Shown here piece by piece: positions 49,501 through 62,818 of a stretch of 64,000 nt of DNA. The position numbers and the translations under genes were made by a program. The notes beneath the pieces were generated by a model that was not told the DNA's origin, searched no databases, and saw only the letters and a program-made list of their open reading frames with translations. Source of the stretch: Cirrosporium novae-zelandiae (Eukaryota); the NCBI GenBank assembly GCA_026023565.1, contig JAPETS010000011.1, forward strand, positions 1 to 64,000, given 5' to 3'. Positions within the stretch are counted from its first letter, which is position 1. The number at the start of each line of letters is the position of its first letter.

Positions 49501-52500
49501 ACCCCCCCTCCTCATATTTCCCCCACACCACCCTTTCCACTTACCCCAATTCCCCTTGCTTCTAAACTACCCAGGTCCCATCTACAGATGGATTATTTAT
49601 GTTTATTTCGAGATTTCTTCCTCTTATTCTATTATTCATGGATAGCACGAGGGGTGTGGGCATCTGTCAATTTCTTCTTTAGATGAAGAGTTTGGTCCTG
49701 TTTTTTTTTTGTGCTAGAGGAAATGGATGGATGGATGGATGGTGGGTCAGCTTGTCTGTCTGTTAGGACGCAAGCCAATACTTTTATCTAACTAAGTCAA
49801 AAGGATATAAGATATTTATTACTTAAACAGACGCTCAGTGTTAGGTAAGATATATAACCTAGCTGTGCCATGACAGTGTCTACTTCTACCACGTCTTTTT
49901 TAGCCGTACAAAGTGCAGACAAGCAAAGAACCAGCCAATCAACCAACCATTTAAACTAATCAACAATGCAGAAAAAAGCCCATGGCCCATAGCACCATCC
50001 CAGTCACAGTCACAGAAAAAAAGAGAAAATTAACTTTAAAAACAACATCATCACTCTAGACAACGCAGCGCTCTATCCTATATCCTTATATACCCCTTTC
50101 CTCTTCCTCTTCCTCTTCTCCCCCTATACCCCCTCCATCCCCAGCCTAACCACAGCCACACGAGTAAGTCCCCGAACCAAACGAGGCTTCTCGAGAATAG
50201 TTGCTCCTTACCCTAGACACCGAGCAGGAGGAAGCAAGATTCTTCCCAATTTCTCAATTTCTTGATACCGTACCCCCCCCCCTTGCCGCGGCTTGGTTTG
50301 TGACTCTACTCCCTACTCTACTCTAAGTGCCCTTAAAACGAATAACCTTTACCATGATGTGGATCTATATCCATACCTCTATATCTATGTTGGAAATGAT
50401 GCAATAGCTAGATCTGAATTCTTTATTTTATTTTATTTTCGGTGAGAATGGTGGTCCGTTCTAGCTATTGCGAGAGTTGTTTTTTGTTTATCGTCTTTTT
50501 GCCTTTTTGGTGGAGAGTATGGAGTATGTTGGAACATGCAGGATGCAGTATGGTGATTGATTGATCTCTCTCACGTTCTCTGGGTTCTAGGTATCACTAC
50601 TCTTATCACCACTACGATCAACGCGGTTCAAATCCAAATCCAACCCCCTCTCCCCTTCGATTTCCACTTCTACTTCCACTCCACCCCCATCGCCGCTCTA
50701 TTCCAGCTACCTATCATCCATAATTATAATTATAATTATAATTCCATTCCATCCTCTACTCTACTCTACTCTACTATCCTTATCGTTATCCCAGGTCTGC
50801 GATGCTTATACTAATACCGATACCGATACCGATGCTAATATTAATACTCTTATCTTGTCTTGTCTTAGTTCTCTCGGGGGCTGGTGTTGGTATTAGGTGT
50901 TAGTGTTGATATTTGTGATCGTTAGTGCTGGGTGATGGATCTCCTCCTAGATAGAGCATCTCCCTACTCTCTCGGCGGCTTTGTTAATGTCAATGATATA
51001 AGCCGTTGCTGTCATTTTTATCATTGTCGTTGTCATCGGTATTCCAGCTTCTTGTTCTCCTTTATCCTGGTTCCTGGTCACAGTCGCTGGTGGTGGTGAT
51101 ATCTAGTGGTAGTAGAAGTATCCATCTCGAATCTCCCAACTGCTCTCTCCTTAATACCGGCATCCCATTACCAGTATATCCCTCTCATCCCTCCCATGTC
51201 TTATTTTAACCAGTCTTCCTAGTATTAGCAATCAATGGTAGTGATATCATATCATCCTACCCCACCCCACCTCATCTCACCTCACCGGTCGACTACTTGT
51301 TGTGTAAGTGTGCAAGTATAAGCTGCATCTTGCGTCTTCGATTTGATCCGATTTGGTTTGATTTGGAGTTCCTGATTCCTGATTCTTGATTATTAGTACC
51401 AGGTGCCAGTACTAGGAATAAGAAGAGTAGTAATTATGAGTAGGGCTAATATCATCCCCTCTCCCCCTCTTTTTTTTCCTTTTTTTTTTCCTTTTTCCTC
51501 TTAATCCCGATCTTGACCCTAAGCCCAGGAAATACATCATACCCCATACCCCATACCCCATATCCCGCTCCACCTAGTACTATCTATCTATCTATCTATC
51601 ATATAATGCTTCCTATTCTTCTTATTTACCTATTTAATTAAATAGCTAAACGAGCAAGATAAGCTAAAATAACCCCATGCAATCCATCTAATACATCTAC
51701 ACAAGTATACAATACACATTAGTAAAGCCTCCTCGAGCTCCAAAAGCCCCTAATTTAACCCTACCCTTACAACCCCGAAAAAAAGAAAAAAAAAATCCAA
51801 ATCTCTCTCCTTTCCAACTTTCCAAAAGCCAAAAGCCAAAAAAAATAAGAGAATCAAACATCAAGCATAACCCCCCTCAATTTCAACTTCCGGTTTTCTT
51901 GAATGTTTATATTTATATTCATATCCAGATATTTGGATCAAGAGTTCGGCTAAGCTGAGCTTTTTGTTTTTTCTTCTTCTTTGCTTTCTTTGAAGGGGGT
52001 TTGCTGCGTGTGTTAAATACGGGAAAAGGAGGGGGAGATTAATCTAGACCTTGGGCTTGGTTGGGGTTTTCCCTTTTTTTTTTCCATTTCTCTTGGCTGT
52101 TTTCTAGGAAGTAAGCGGGGTTTAGAGGGGTAGGGGTGGAAAGAATGTGATTAGGGATGAAAATGAAAGAGTGAATCACATGGGGAAGGGAAGGGGGAGG
52201 GGGAGGTATAGATGGGGATGTAGATATAGATTACAGGTGGAGATGGAGATGCAAACGCATAACTCGGCCAACTAAAAAGAAAAAGAAAAGGAAAAGAGGA
52301 GGAGGAAGAGGGAAAAGAAGGGAAAGAAAAGGGAAAGGGATATGGGGGCATGGAACACTTCTATACTATACTATACTATATCCTAAACCATCCCTTCATA
52401 ACGCACGATTGTAAGGGAAAGAAGGAGGAAAGGTCAAATTAATAGGCTAATTAACCCAATACAATTAAGATCTTGAGCGTTCAACATTATTATTCATTCG

Positions 52501-52869
52501 AAGGAAGTTGGTAAGCTGATTTCTGCCTGGAAAAAAAAAATAGTTACATGGCTTATCTTATGATCCTTACTTATATGGCAACCCCTACAGGCATGCGCCA
52601 TGAGGGGATGGCTCGGGGGATGCTGTGTTTCACTTTTTTTTGTCTGGTCTGTTCTGGTCTTTCATAATCGGGGTCGTATTTAGAATGTGGATATAGAGGT
52701 GTGTGAGAGTAGGTGATTATAATTCGGGGACAGGGACAGGGACAGGGAGATAGGGGGAGGGTAGGGGTAGAGGGAGGGAGTTGGTGGTTGGAGATGTAGA
52801 TATAGATATAGACATATATGGATGGATATTCGATCAAGTGGGATATATGCGCAACTAAATATAAGGAGG

Positions 52870-52961
52870 GAGAAGGAGGAGAAAAAGGAGAAGAAAAAGG
52901 AGAAGAAAAAGGAGAAGAAGAAGAAGAAGAAGAAGAAGAAGAAGAAGAAGAAGAAGAAGAA
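52870..52961 (+). repeat. (GAA)n microsatellite with GGAGAAGAAAAA units
   Basis: Pure GAA run at ~52913-52960 preceded by 12-bp variants. Confidence 0.9.
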
Positions 52962-53262
52962 ATGGCACATAAGCATGCTGGAGAGGGATTTTATAGTATC
53001 GCATATCATACACAGTAAATACCAAGTCCGGTTCGATATCCCCAAAAGCGCTACTAATCGCTCACGCTAGCATCAGTATTCTTCTTCTTATGTACGTCTC
53101 AAACAAGCTGTAGTATCGGAAATCCAAAGTCACATATGTTTATGTGACTGCATAGGGATTAATTATTTCCAAAGAATAGCTATTGGATTGAATTCAACCA
53201 CCCATCTAGATTCGAAATTTCGAACTAGATGGATTTTTGGGTTTTTCACTTTTTTGCCATTC

Positions 53263-55183
53263 CTATTCAGCCTTTTTCTCCTTCCTATGTCTCCTCCGTT
53301 TCCGTTTCCCTTCTCTAACATCAACGTCAACATCAGCACCAGCATCCATTTTCTCATTTCCATTAGCATTAGCATCGACATCCCCCTTCCCATCCCCACC
53401 CTCCACAGGAACAACCCACTCCGGTTCCTCCTCCCTGCCAAACGTCTCCTTCCGCCATATCCTTAACCTAGCCTTCTTACTTAAATTCTTCTTATCCTTG
53501 CGCTTCTTCTCCGGATCCCGAAACGATGCTAGCTTTTTGAGTCCCGCATACTGGTTCAGCTGCGCGTCGTCCGCTAGCAGGATGTCGCGGGGTGTGAGGC
53601 CGAATGACTGTGGGGATGATTCGCGGTAGCGGAAGAAGCCGGAGTGTTTGGAGGTGAGCGGGGAGGCGGTGTTGAGAGTGAGATGGGTGTCTACGAGGGC
53701 TTCGATGTCGGCGTGTTGGCGGCGGGATTGCTTTTGGGTGGAGAGGGGTTTGCGGGGGGGGTGTTTTTCTTGCTTTTCTTGTTTTTCGGTGTCCGAGTCC
53801 AAGGGGGGTGCTTCTGCCGAGTCGTCAAAGGTGGGGACCAGGTCTTTGATGTCAATGTCGTCGTCCCATTTTGGTTTCTTGGGCTTGTGGGACTTGGATG
53901 TGGGGGGACCGGCTTCGGATTCCATTTCACCGTCTTCCCCAGCGTAGTAGCTTTCCCCGAACCGTTTCTGCATTTCATTTTCCCATTTCTCCGTGTCGAA
54001 GTCGCCTTCCAGGAACTTGAACCAGTCTTCGTTCTTGAGCTGATCCCAGCTTAGCCCCGACGCGGCTTTGATCTCCTCAATCTTCTTTTCCATTTCCTCC
54101 ACCTTGAGTTTTTTCAGCCGGGCTTTCTCCTCCGCTCGCCGTTTCTTTTCTGCCTCTTTCTTCTCACGTTCTGTTTCTCGTGTTCGTTTTCGACTGTTCT
54201 TTTCCTCTCGTCTGACAGAGTATTTCTGTGCCGCTTCACGGGAGTGCGTCATCAGTTTCTCATTCATCTTGCTGGGATCTTCAAATCGGAAGTTGTATGC
54301 CTCTTCAAAGGCTTCGGCTCTTTTGTCTTCCTCTTCATCGTCGGATTCGAGTGGCTGGAAGCGGGATGAGGAGTCGGGTATCCAAGCACGGGCGGAGAGA
54401 AAGTTGGAAAGAAATGTCTCGGGATCGCGGTCGGCATGCTTAACATCCACTTCTGGTTTGGTAGTATTGGGAAGGGGTTTGGTGTCTTTGGCTTTGAGAA
54501 AGTCGGAATCGGACTCGTCAGAGTCTGCGCCCTCGGCGTAGATGCTTTTAACAATGTTTGATTTCAGATCTTCTTGCTCTTGCGCATATGTCCTAGGTGG
54601 CTCTTCGTCGTTTTCAGTATGGCCGTTGAGAAGGTTCTGTCGATGATAGTCACTTAGATACATAGGTTTTTCTTTCTTCTGATGAGCCTCGGCCTCAGCG
54701 GTGGGATCAGAAATCTCTTCGTAAAATTTCGAGTTGGGGTCGTACACCTTTGGGTCACGACTTCGAATCGCCTGTAGGGTAGCTGCGATTTCGGTATCCA
54801 AAGTTTCGGTGGCGAGTATACCTTCATCGTCTTCATCTTCAGAATCAGATGAGGATCCGTCATTTTCGTCACCTTCATCTCCTCCTTTGCCTTGCTTTTT
54901 GTACTTCTCCTCCACTAAATGACAGATTAGCATCCTAAAAGCCACAAGCAACAGAGAACGTACATCGATGAAGCTCTTCTCGCTTTTTATTATGTTCAAA
55001 ACGCTTCGCATACTCTTCATTGACCTTCAAGGTGGCATTATCTAAACGGACCCCTCCCGATTCCGAAGGACTTTCATCTTCTGAGCTCTCTTCATCAGAG
55101 TCAAGTAATTTGACCTTTTTGCTTGGTGGTCCATCGTTTGCGGAGTCCCCAACGGAGGAGGAAAATCTGACCTTTGAAGGCAT
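53263..55183 (-). CDS. KRI1: Ribosome biogenesis protein Kri1, 2 exons: 55183-54964, 54914-53263 (~623 aa)
   Basis: LKVNEEYAKRFEHNKKREELHRLEEKY, KPMYLSDYHR, FEEAYNFRFEDP, FRYRESSPQSFGLTPRDILLADDAQLNQYAGLKKLASFR. Confidence 0.95.
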
Positions 55184-55570
55184 TGTGGGTGAAAGCTCAA
55201 AGAGCTCAGAGATAATTAATTAGATGAGATATTTTCAATTTTTAATTACTGGATATGCTCCAGCAATCGATAAAGAAAGCTATTCCTGATACTTGGTATT
55301 AATTCGAAATACCTTTTCTTTTCATTTTTTTTTCGTATTCGCGAACAATTTCCATTTTCCAATGCTCTAAAAACTTGGGTTTGGTCCCACCAGACGGTAG
55401 GACGGCGGTGGGATTTGCCGTTCTCCGCGTTTCAATCTAACTCAACTCTAAGACTCGACCTTGTGATCCCTGTCAACTCCAGGGTCCAGTGCCCTTAGCT
55501 ATGAACAATCATTCCCCAGTGCCAACACTTCTCTTGCTTCAGTGCAAGATATTTATTAAAAATATTCCCA

Positions 55571-58500
55571 ATGTCGGATCTTCAACCCTCAGGTACTTCC
55601 GTTCCGTCTACGAAGCCTGAAAAGTCTGAGAGTTCCGTCAATTTAGTGTTTGTTCCCTCAATCACTCGTTTAAGTTATAAGCATTTAAATTGACTGCCAA
55701 TAGACCCATAGGACTCAAAGAAGCCAGTCTTGATTCTCCCACCTTTCGTGCCTCCATAGCACATTATTCAGAACAGATAGATATTGTTGCAATATGGCTA
55801 GAAGGAATTGTCAAATCCGCCAGCAAATTCGTTCTCGAAGGCCAGGCTCTTGAAGGGCTTATGCTTCCCTTTGTTAATAGCTCAATTCCACCTAGAGATC
55901 TCTCTGAAGCTGTCATTGATCATGACTATACCTTACTGGCTGCCGCCCGATATACCGATGGTGCTCGAGACTTTTGGATGAGTACAACTGCCAGACTCCG
56001 CAAGTTGGATATAATAGTTGTACAACCAATTAAGAAATTCCTGGAAAATGACGTTCGAAATTTCAAGGTAGGCTACAGACATCAATTGCGACGCTCTTAC
56101 TAACAGCATTAATTATAAGGATGCTCGTCGAAACCTCGATTCGTTACAAAAAAGCTTCGACAATCTCGTGGCACGTTACTCCGCACAATCCAAATCAAAG
56201 GAACCTTCTGCGCTACGGGAAGATGCATTTCAGGTCCATGAAACTCGCAAATTGTACTTGAAAGCATCTCTGGACGTCTGTATGCTCGCATCACAACTAC
56301 GGTCTGGACTAGATAGATTGGTCATTCGAGTTTTTACAGAACAATGGCGAGAGATGAAGGATACATCCGAAGCATTGGCAGACATTCTGGGAAAATGGGG
56401 CGGTGAGATGGAACGTGTCCGTGCTTGGACAGGAGAACTTGAAGATACCGAAAAAACATTTGTACATGAACTTCGAAAAGCACGGAGACGGATCGAGGAT
56501 GGCGCAGAACTATCCGCACGTCCATCCAGAGAGCTTGATGATTATTCGGCATCTACGGTTCCTTATCTTGGTAGGGGATCAGCCGTCATGGCAATAAGAT
56601 CCCCTACCATCTCGGATGCTACGCAGCAGACCGAAAAACAGGGATGGATGAATCTTCGCACCTTTACCGGAAAGCCTGCCAGATCAAATTGGGTTCGAAG
56701 ATGGTTCTTTGTAAAATGCGGAATATTCAGCTCCCTGGCTGCTCGGGTTGGACGAGTCGAGGAAAGTGAAAAAATCGGTGTGCTATTATGCAATGTACGC
56801 CCAGCTTTCCAGGAAGAACGACGGTTTTGCTTCGAAGTGAAGACAAAAAATAATACTATATTATTGCAAGCGGAGACCCAGCAAGAACTGAGCGCTTGGC
56901 TGTCCGCGTTTGAAGCAGCAAAAAGGAAAGCACTGGAGGACCCAGTTCATTTAAGCGATATCAAGCGCGGCGGACTCCCTTATAAAGACCTTGCCTTTGC
57001 CATCACTCCTCCTATTGGTCCCGACTTCACTTCGAATATGACAGAATCCCTTCTCGCAGCAAGTAGCGAGGATCATTCTGGACCTGCCATCGACCGAGTA
57101 TCAACGCTCGCCCCAGGTGTTGACCCCGCCTTGATCTCGAAAAGCAGCATAGATATAAACCCAAAAAGGGTCGCAACGTTTGAACGACAGGAGGGTGAAA
57201 GTGGACGGGATCATGCGTCGAGGATTATTCAAAAATTGGACCTTCACCGCAAGTCCACAGCTCAAACCCAATTGGCCGGGCCATTTTCTCCCGGTATGCC
57301 TGGAGGTCCTGGAATTACCAGTCTTATCACAACCAGCCATAATATTTTCCCTGGTTCCGGTCAGGACCCAAATGCACCCAGTGGTCGTCACAGAGAAAAC
57401 TCGATCAGCACCCTTGCTCCGGGAACTTTCTTCTACCCTCCAGCACCGACAAATCTAAGTAAAGCCGCACTTATCCTCAGCGGCGAAAGGGGTGTTGGGA
57501 GTGCACATGTCGCCGGTGGTATGCCAGGCGGAATCCTTGGAAATATATGGGGAAGTTCGCGATATGAGCAGATGACAATGCTAGATTCCCGGCCAAAGAC
57601 TGAGCCGCCGATCCTAATACCAGTATCAGACGGAAACATGTCTCCAGGATCGCCCACAAAAGAGCGAAGCGCATCAGGCGTGGCTGCACAGAGCACCGTC
57701 AACCTTTCTCAAACTGTTACCTCTCTTCGAGATAATGCAACCAAAATGCAACACCGAAAAACCATTTCGTTGGGAAAGGATGCCGCACCCCAGATAGCTG
57801 AGATAACTGATACTCGAGAATACCCCAGCAACTTTCCTTGGCAACTAAAGCTAAAAGATACCGAGTTCCACCTATTGTTTCCTGATGTCCCGCTTGGTGA
57901 GAGGGTTGTAATGGCATTTAGAGGCACGTGGAATCCAAACAACCAGCAGGAATTTCCTGGTACGGCATATATAACTTCCAAGTGTCTTTATTTCTACAGC
58001 CACCACATGGGTTTGGTCTTGTCCACAGGACTCACACTAAAAAGTGTATCCGAAGTGACGGCTGCACCAGGCAGAGATTTCGACTACTTGTTCTTTCACC
58101 TTAAGCCATTCGATGACGGCGATGCAACTCGTATCACAATAAAAACATTTTTGGAGCCCCTACGTCTCCTCCAACAGAGGCTCAACTGGCTCGTACGCAC
58201 GGCAAACTCGGATAGCAACCCCGATGGCAAATCGATCGTCGACAGTCTTATAATGCTAGAAAATGCAGATCCAAATAAAAGCCCAAGCCAAGAAAGTTGG
58301 GAAGAGTTGAATTTACCGGCTGATGAAATATCATATTCCCACAGAATGGGTAATCCGGGCAAAGATCTCAAAGCTACGATTCGTGTAGACGGTGGATTTC
58401 ATCGACAGCAGCCCTCGGCTCAGCATCCCAAGGAACACACCAAGTTCAAATTGCCACCACATCCTGTAATATATAAACCTCAAGGGGTAGACAAACTGGA

Positions 58501-59974
58501 GATTGAAAATGAGTTTTCAGTTAGTCCGCGCGCAATGTTTTCAATTCTATTTGGAGATAAGAGTGCTATTTGGCAGCTGCTCTATCATGAACGCAGAGCC
58601 AATACCATGAGACAAGGACCATGGGTTGAGGCTGGACAGGGTTCTTTGCAGCGTACATTCCAATACAATGTAAAAGTTCCTGCGACCTTGGGGTCCAAGG
58701 ACTTGTCGGTAGCAGATCGACAGCTCATCATCATGCAAGAGGATCATCTGCTTTATGTTATATGCGACAAGAAAGTGCCTTGGCATTTACCTTGTCACGA
58801 TGACTTTTTGCTTACCAGCAAGATCATCATCAGCCACGTTGCCAAATCAAAGTGCAAACTTGCCATTTATTCCAAGGTCGAATGGCTTAAACCTCCAAAA
58901 ATGTTTCATGGTCTAATTGCCAGACAAGCACAGGAGGACCTGGCTTTTGATGCAAAAGATCTATTGAATGTCGTGACCGATCAAGTTCGAAAGCTTGGTC
59001 ATTGCTCCACCCGGAAGGTACAGAATATATACGGACTTGTGGGTCAGCAGCCTCAAGCCGCCGAGCTAACAGATCTCCCCCCAGGAGAATCGGCCCTAAA
59101 GACCGAGGCACGACGGCTCCCCAATCGTCAATCATTAGCAGGACTAGTTACCCTTTACATTTATTCAATATTCTGTCAATCCTTTTCATCACTACTCACA
59201 ATTCTTTCCTCATTATTTTCCGGTTTTCTCAGCTTTCTGCAGTGGATTTATAAAACAGCCGATGCCCATACTATCATATTGTCTCTTCTTCTAGTCAGCG
59301 CTTTTGGCAATGTTTTTTACACCTCGGCAGATTGGTTTCAATGGAGAAACGACCGTCGAGTGGGCAATTTCCTATCAAGAATCGGCATTACGCCAGAGCT
59401 TTCAATGACCAAAAGCATCCTCATAAACGACATGGATCTCCTAGTTACAAATACAACCAGCATGTCCCCTGCACCACAAGGACAATGGTAAGTTTATCCA
59501 ATTGAATTATCCTCATGCCGGCTAATTATCCCCAGTTCCACCAAGTTTTTCGAAGTACTTAAATCAACAGCGCCTGATTTTCTTTATCAAGTTTCCAGCT
59601 CGCCTGTGGCAAAGTACAGTCGTAGTGGAATCGCAGCCCTACGTCTCAAGCGGACCCGGGCTCACATTGGTGCTCGTCGAAATGATCTTATAGTTGCTCT
59701 CCGTGTCCTCAATAGAGTTGAACGGGAAGTTCTTCAGGCAGAGTGGGAGACTTGGCTCTCACAGGAGACATTAAGATGTAGACAACTAGAAACATTATTG
59801 ACAAGCCAAAAGAATAACGAGTCGGATTTTGGGGGTACAGATATCAGAGAGAAATTAGGTGTTTCCTGGGGTGAAGTTGAGGCATGGCATCATGAGTATT
59901 GCGATAGTTGTCAGGAAGAGGCAGATAAGGTTATTTCGAGCAAGCAGATTGGGGGACAGGTAGCACTCATTTAG
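55571..59974 (+). CDS. SIP3: Sip3/Lam1-like membrane-anchored lipid-transfer protein (BAR, PH, GRAM-like, StART-like VASt, TM), 4 exons: 55571-55647, 55704-56067, 56120-59487, 59536-59974
   Basis: PIGLKEASLDSPTFR, EKQGWMNLR..WVRRWFFVK, ERRFCFEVKT..LQAETQQELSAW, C-terminal RRNDLIVALRVLNRVEREV. Confidence 0.92.
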
Positions 59975-60369
59975 ATAAGTAGGCGTTATGGATTCTTATG
60001 AATTTGATGATTTGATGATGAATCATTTTATTGTCCGCATGTCGCTTGTCAGCTATGGTGGACATCAAGGTCCTTTTGAGCATTGGGGTTGTTATTGGAT
60101 ACCCTGTTGAATGGTTTTACATATGGATGAGGGTTAATAGATTTTAATGTCTTTGGTGTCAGTACTTGGTAGCTAACCGTATCTTCACATATAGCATAGA
60201 TATAGTTCTCGCCCACGGATATTCACCCATCACCACCTTCAGCGAAAGCAAATCTGCAGCATCGATACCGCCTCACCAATCCAGGAATCCTCAAACTTCT
60301 ATCCCATCCCATCCCACCAAATCTCCAATATAGCTTAGTGCTCTACCAATTCTACCTACCTACCTCATA

Positions 60370-61800
60370 GCTAAATACCATAGCCATAGTCCCACTCTAT
60401 ACATATTTTATATACACAATTTCAGCTCCCGTTAATCCCAATCTATAACATCGATATATTTCCAACCGCTACCATAATACACAGACTAAACTGATTAAAA
60501 ATCAGGTTCATTTCCCCCTATATCAAGCTCTTATGCCAATCCATCCATCCTATCTCATCCCATCCCATTCCACAAAGCCAGCTTTCCTCCTCGCGCAACC
60601 CAATACAGCACACACAGCGCCCTCCCCCTACTAGCTCCATCTATCTATCCCCTAACCAAAATGCCATAGTCATAGTCATAGTCATAGTCCTCCCATTTCA
60701 TATGTATATATATATATATATAATTCCACCTCCTTATTATACCCCACTCCCAATCTACAATATTGACCTCCTAACTGACTTGATAATAAAAAAAACCCCA
60801 GATTTATTTCCTCGCACCACACTAGTCCAATATTTCTCAAACTCAATCAATCTATCTATCTATCCCACACCAACCTTATTTCATTAAACCATTTTTTTTT
60901 TTTTTTCAGTATAATAACAACACAAATATGGTGGTGCTCCACCAGCTTCCATCTACTTACTTTATAGGCCAAATATTATCTATAGTCATAGTCATAGTCA
61001 TAGTTACAGTTCCCACCCTAATATATAATTTCCAGTTCCCATAAACTCCCAATCTATATACAATATCGATATCGATATACCAACCACATCATCGTCACCA
61101 ATCCAATCCAACCCTATCTATCTCACTAAATTGGTCAGCTCTCCTCTCCTTCTCCTTCTCCTCTCCCCAAACCTAATAATATAATAATATAATAATACTC
61201 CACTACTTCCCACCTCCTCCCCCTACCTACCTACCTTGTAGTCAAATACCCATAATCATAATCATAATCCCAGTTCCAGCCCCCCCCCCTAACTCCAACT
61301 CTTACTCTACTTTATATATATATACATACACACAATTCCATCTCCCCATAATATACCACTCCCAATCCACCAATACCAATACCAAATCAATACCTCATCA
61401 ATACCAATACATTTCCAAACCCCCAATTATAATAATAATCACACATAAATATATATCCATCGACCACCCTAACCTTTGAACAATATACATGATTTAAGTT
61501 CAAAACCATTAGGGGGGGGGGCTTGTTGTTTGTTTGTTTGTTCCTTTTAATATCTTCTTACCCCCCCCCCCCTCCCTCAAGGGATTTTTTTTTTTTTTTT
61601 TCTTTCTTCTTTTTCCTTGATTAAATTAATTAAATTTTTATGTTGTTGTTTATTTTATATAATAATCCTTATTACCATAATCCCTCCCCCCCCTTCCATA
61701 TACATATATATACATACATCCACATCTAATTATATAATCCCACCCTTCCCATCATCATCACCTAACTCCCAATCCATATACAATCCAAATCCAATATAAC
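60370..61800. repeat. Decayed tandem array of about five ~300-400-bp units
   Basis: The order (CATAGT/CATAAT)n, C-run, (AT)n, AATT(T)C, CCCAATC recurs at ~60380, 60664, 60982, 61250 and 61675. Confidence 0.55.
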
Positions 61801-62492
61801 CCTCCTCCAACCATAATCACAATATCTATAATATACAAAATATACAAAATATACTATATTAAACTAAATAAAAAAAAAAAAAACCTAAAGCTCTTTTATA
61901 TCCTTTATTATCGTTTACCCTCCCCCCCCTTCTCTTTAAAAATCTTTACACCCAATCCAATTTATTTTATTTTATTTTATTTTATATAAGACGGTTCTTT
62001 TTTTTTTTCTGATATGATAGGATAGGATAGGATGGGGTGGGCTTTACTACTACCACTTCTATCTCCCTCCCTCCCTTCCTCCCTCCCTTACCTATCTTTA
62101 TATCTTTATACCCTCCTCCTCACACACACACACATACACACACATACACATACACCTCAGTCAGTCAATCAGTCAGTCCCACATTTATAATCCCAGTCCC
62201 TCTTCTCATCCTGATCCTCATCCTCTTACCCTCTAACATAATAAACCACAAATAACCTACCTACCCTTTCCATTTCCATTTTTACTTTTTTTTTTAAAAA
62301 AAAAAAAAAATCTTGATATACTACTTACTACCTAGATATATAATATAAAAAAAAAAATACTTCCATCAAATATCAAATTTCATATTCATTTAATCTTATT
62401 TATTTAATTTTATAGCTTTATAAAGTTAAATACCAACAACGGTCCTCCTAATCCCCTCTTTTTACCTTTACTTTCTTTTTCTTTCATCCACT

Positions 62493-62526
<34 letters not shown>

Positions 62527-62818
62527 TCCAAAAATTTTCTATATAAATTTATTTATCAATATATACACCTCAACATATCCCCCAGTCAAAATCACGTAAG
62601 CGATTCAAGGAAACGTGGTAGTATAGTTGGTTAATTAATTAATAATTAGAGATATCTATTTCTGTTTTTATTTTTCAATATTTTTTTTTATATATGATTT
62701 TTTTTTTTTTATTATTGGTTGATTAAATGTGGGAGTTTAGGGAGTTTAAGGGTTGGAATTGAGAATTGGGGATGAAGTTGTATATGCTTCTAAGAATCTA
62801 TCCATCCACTTCAACCAA

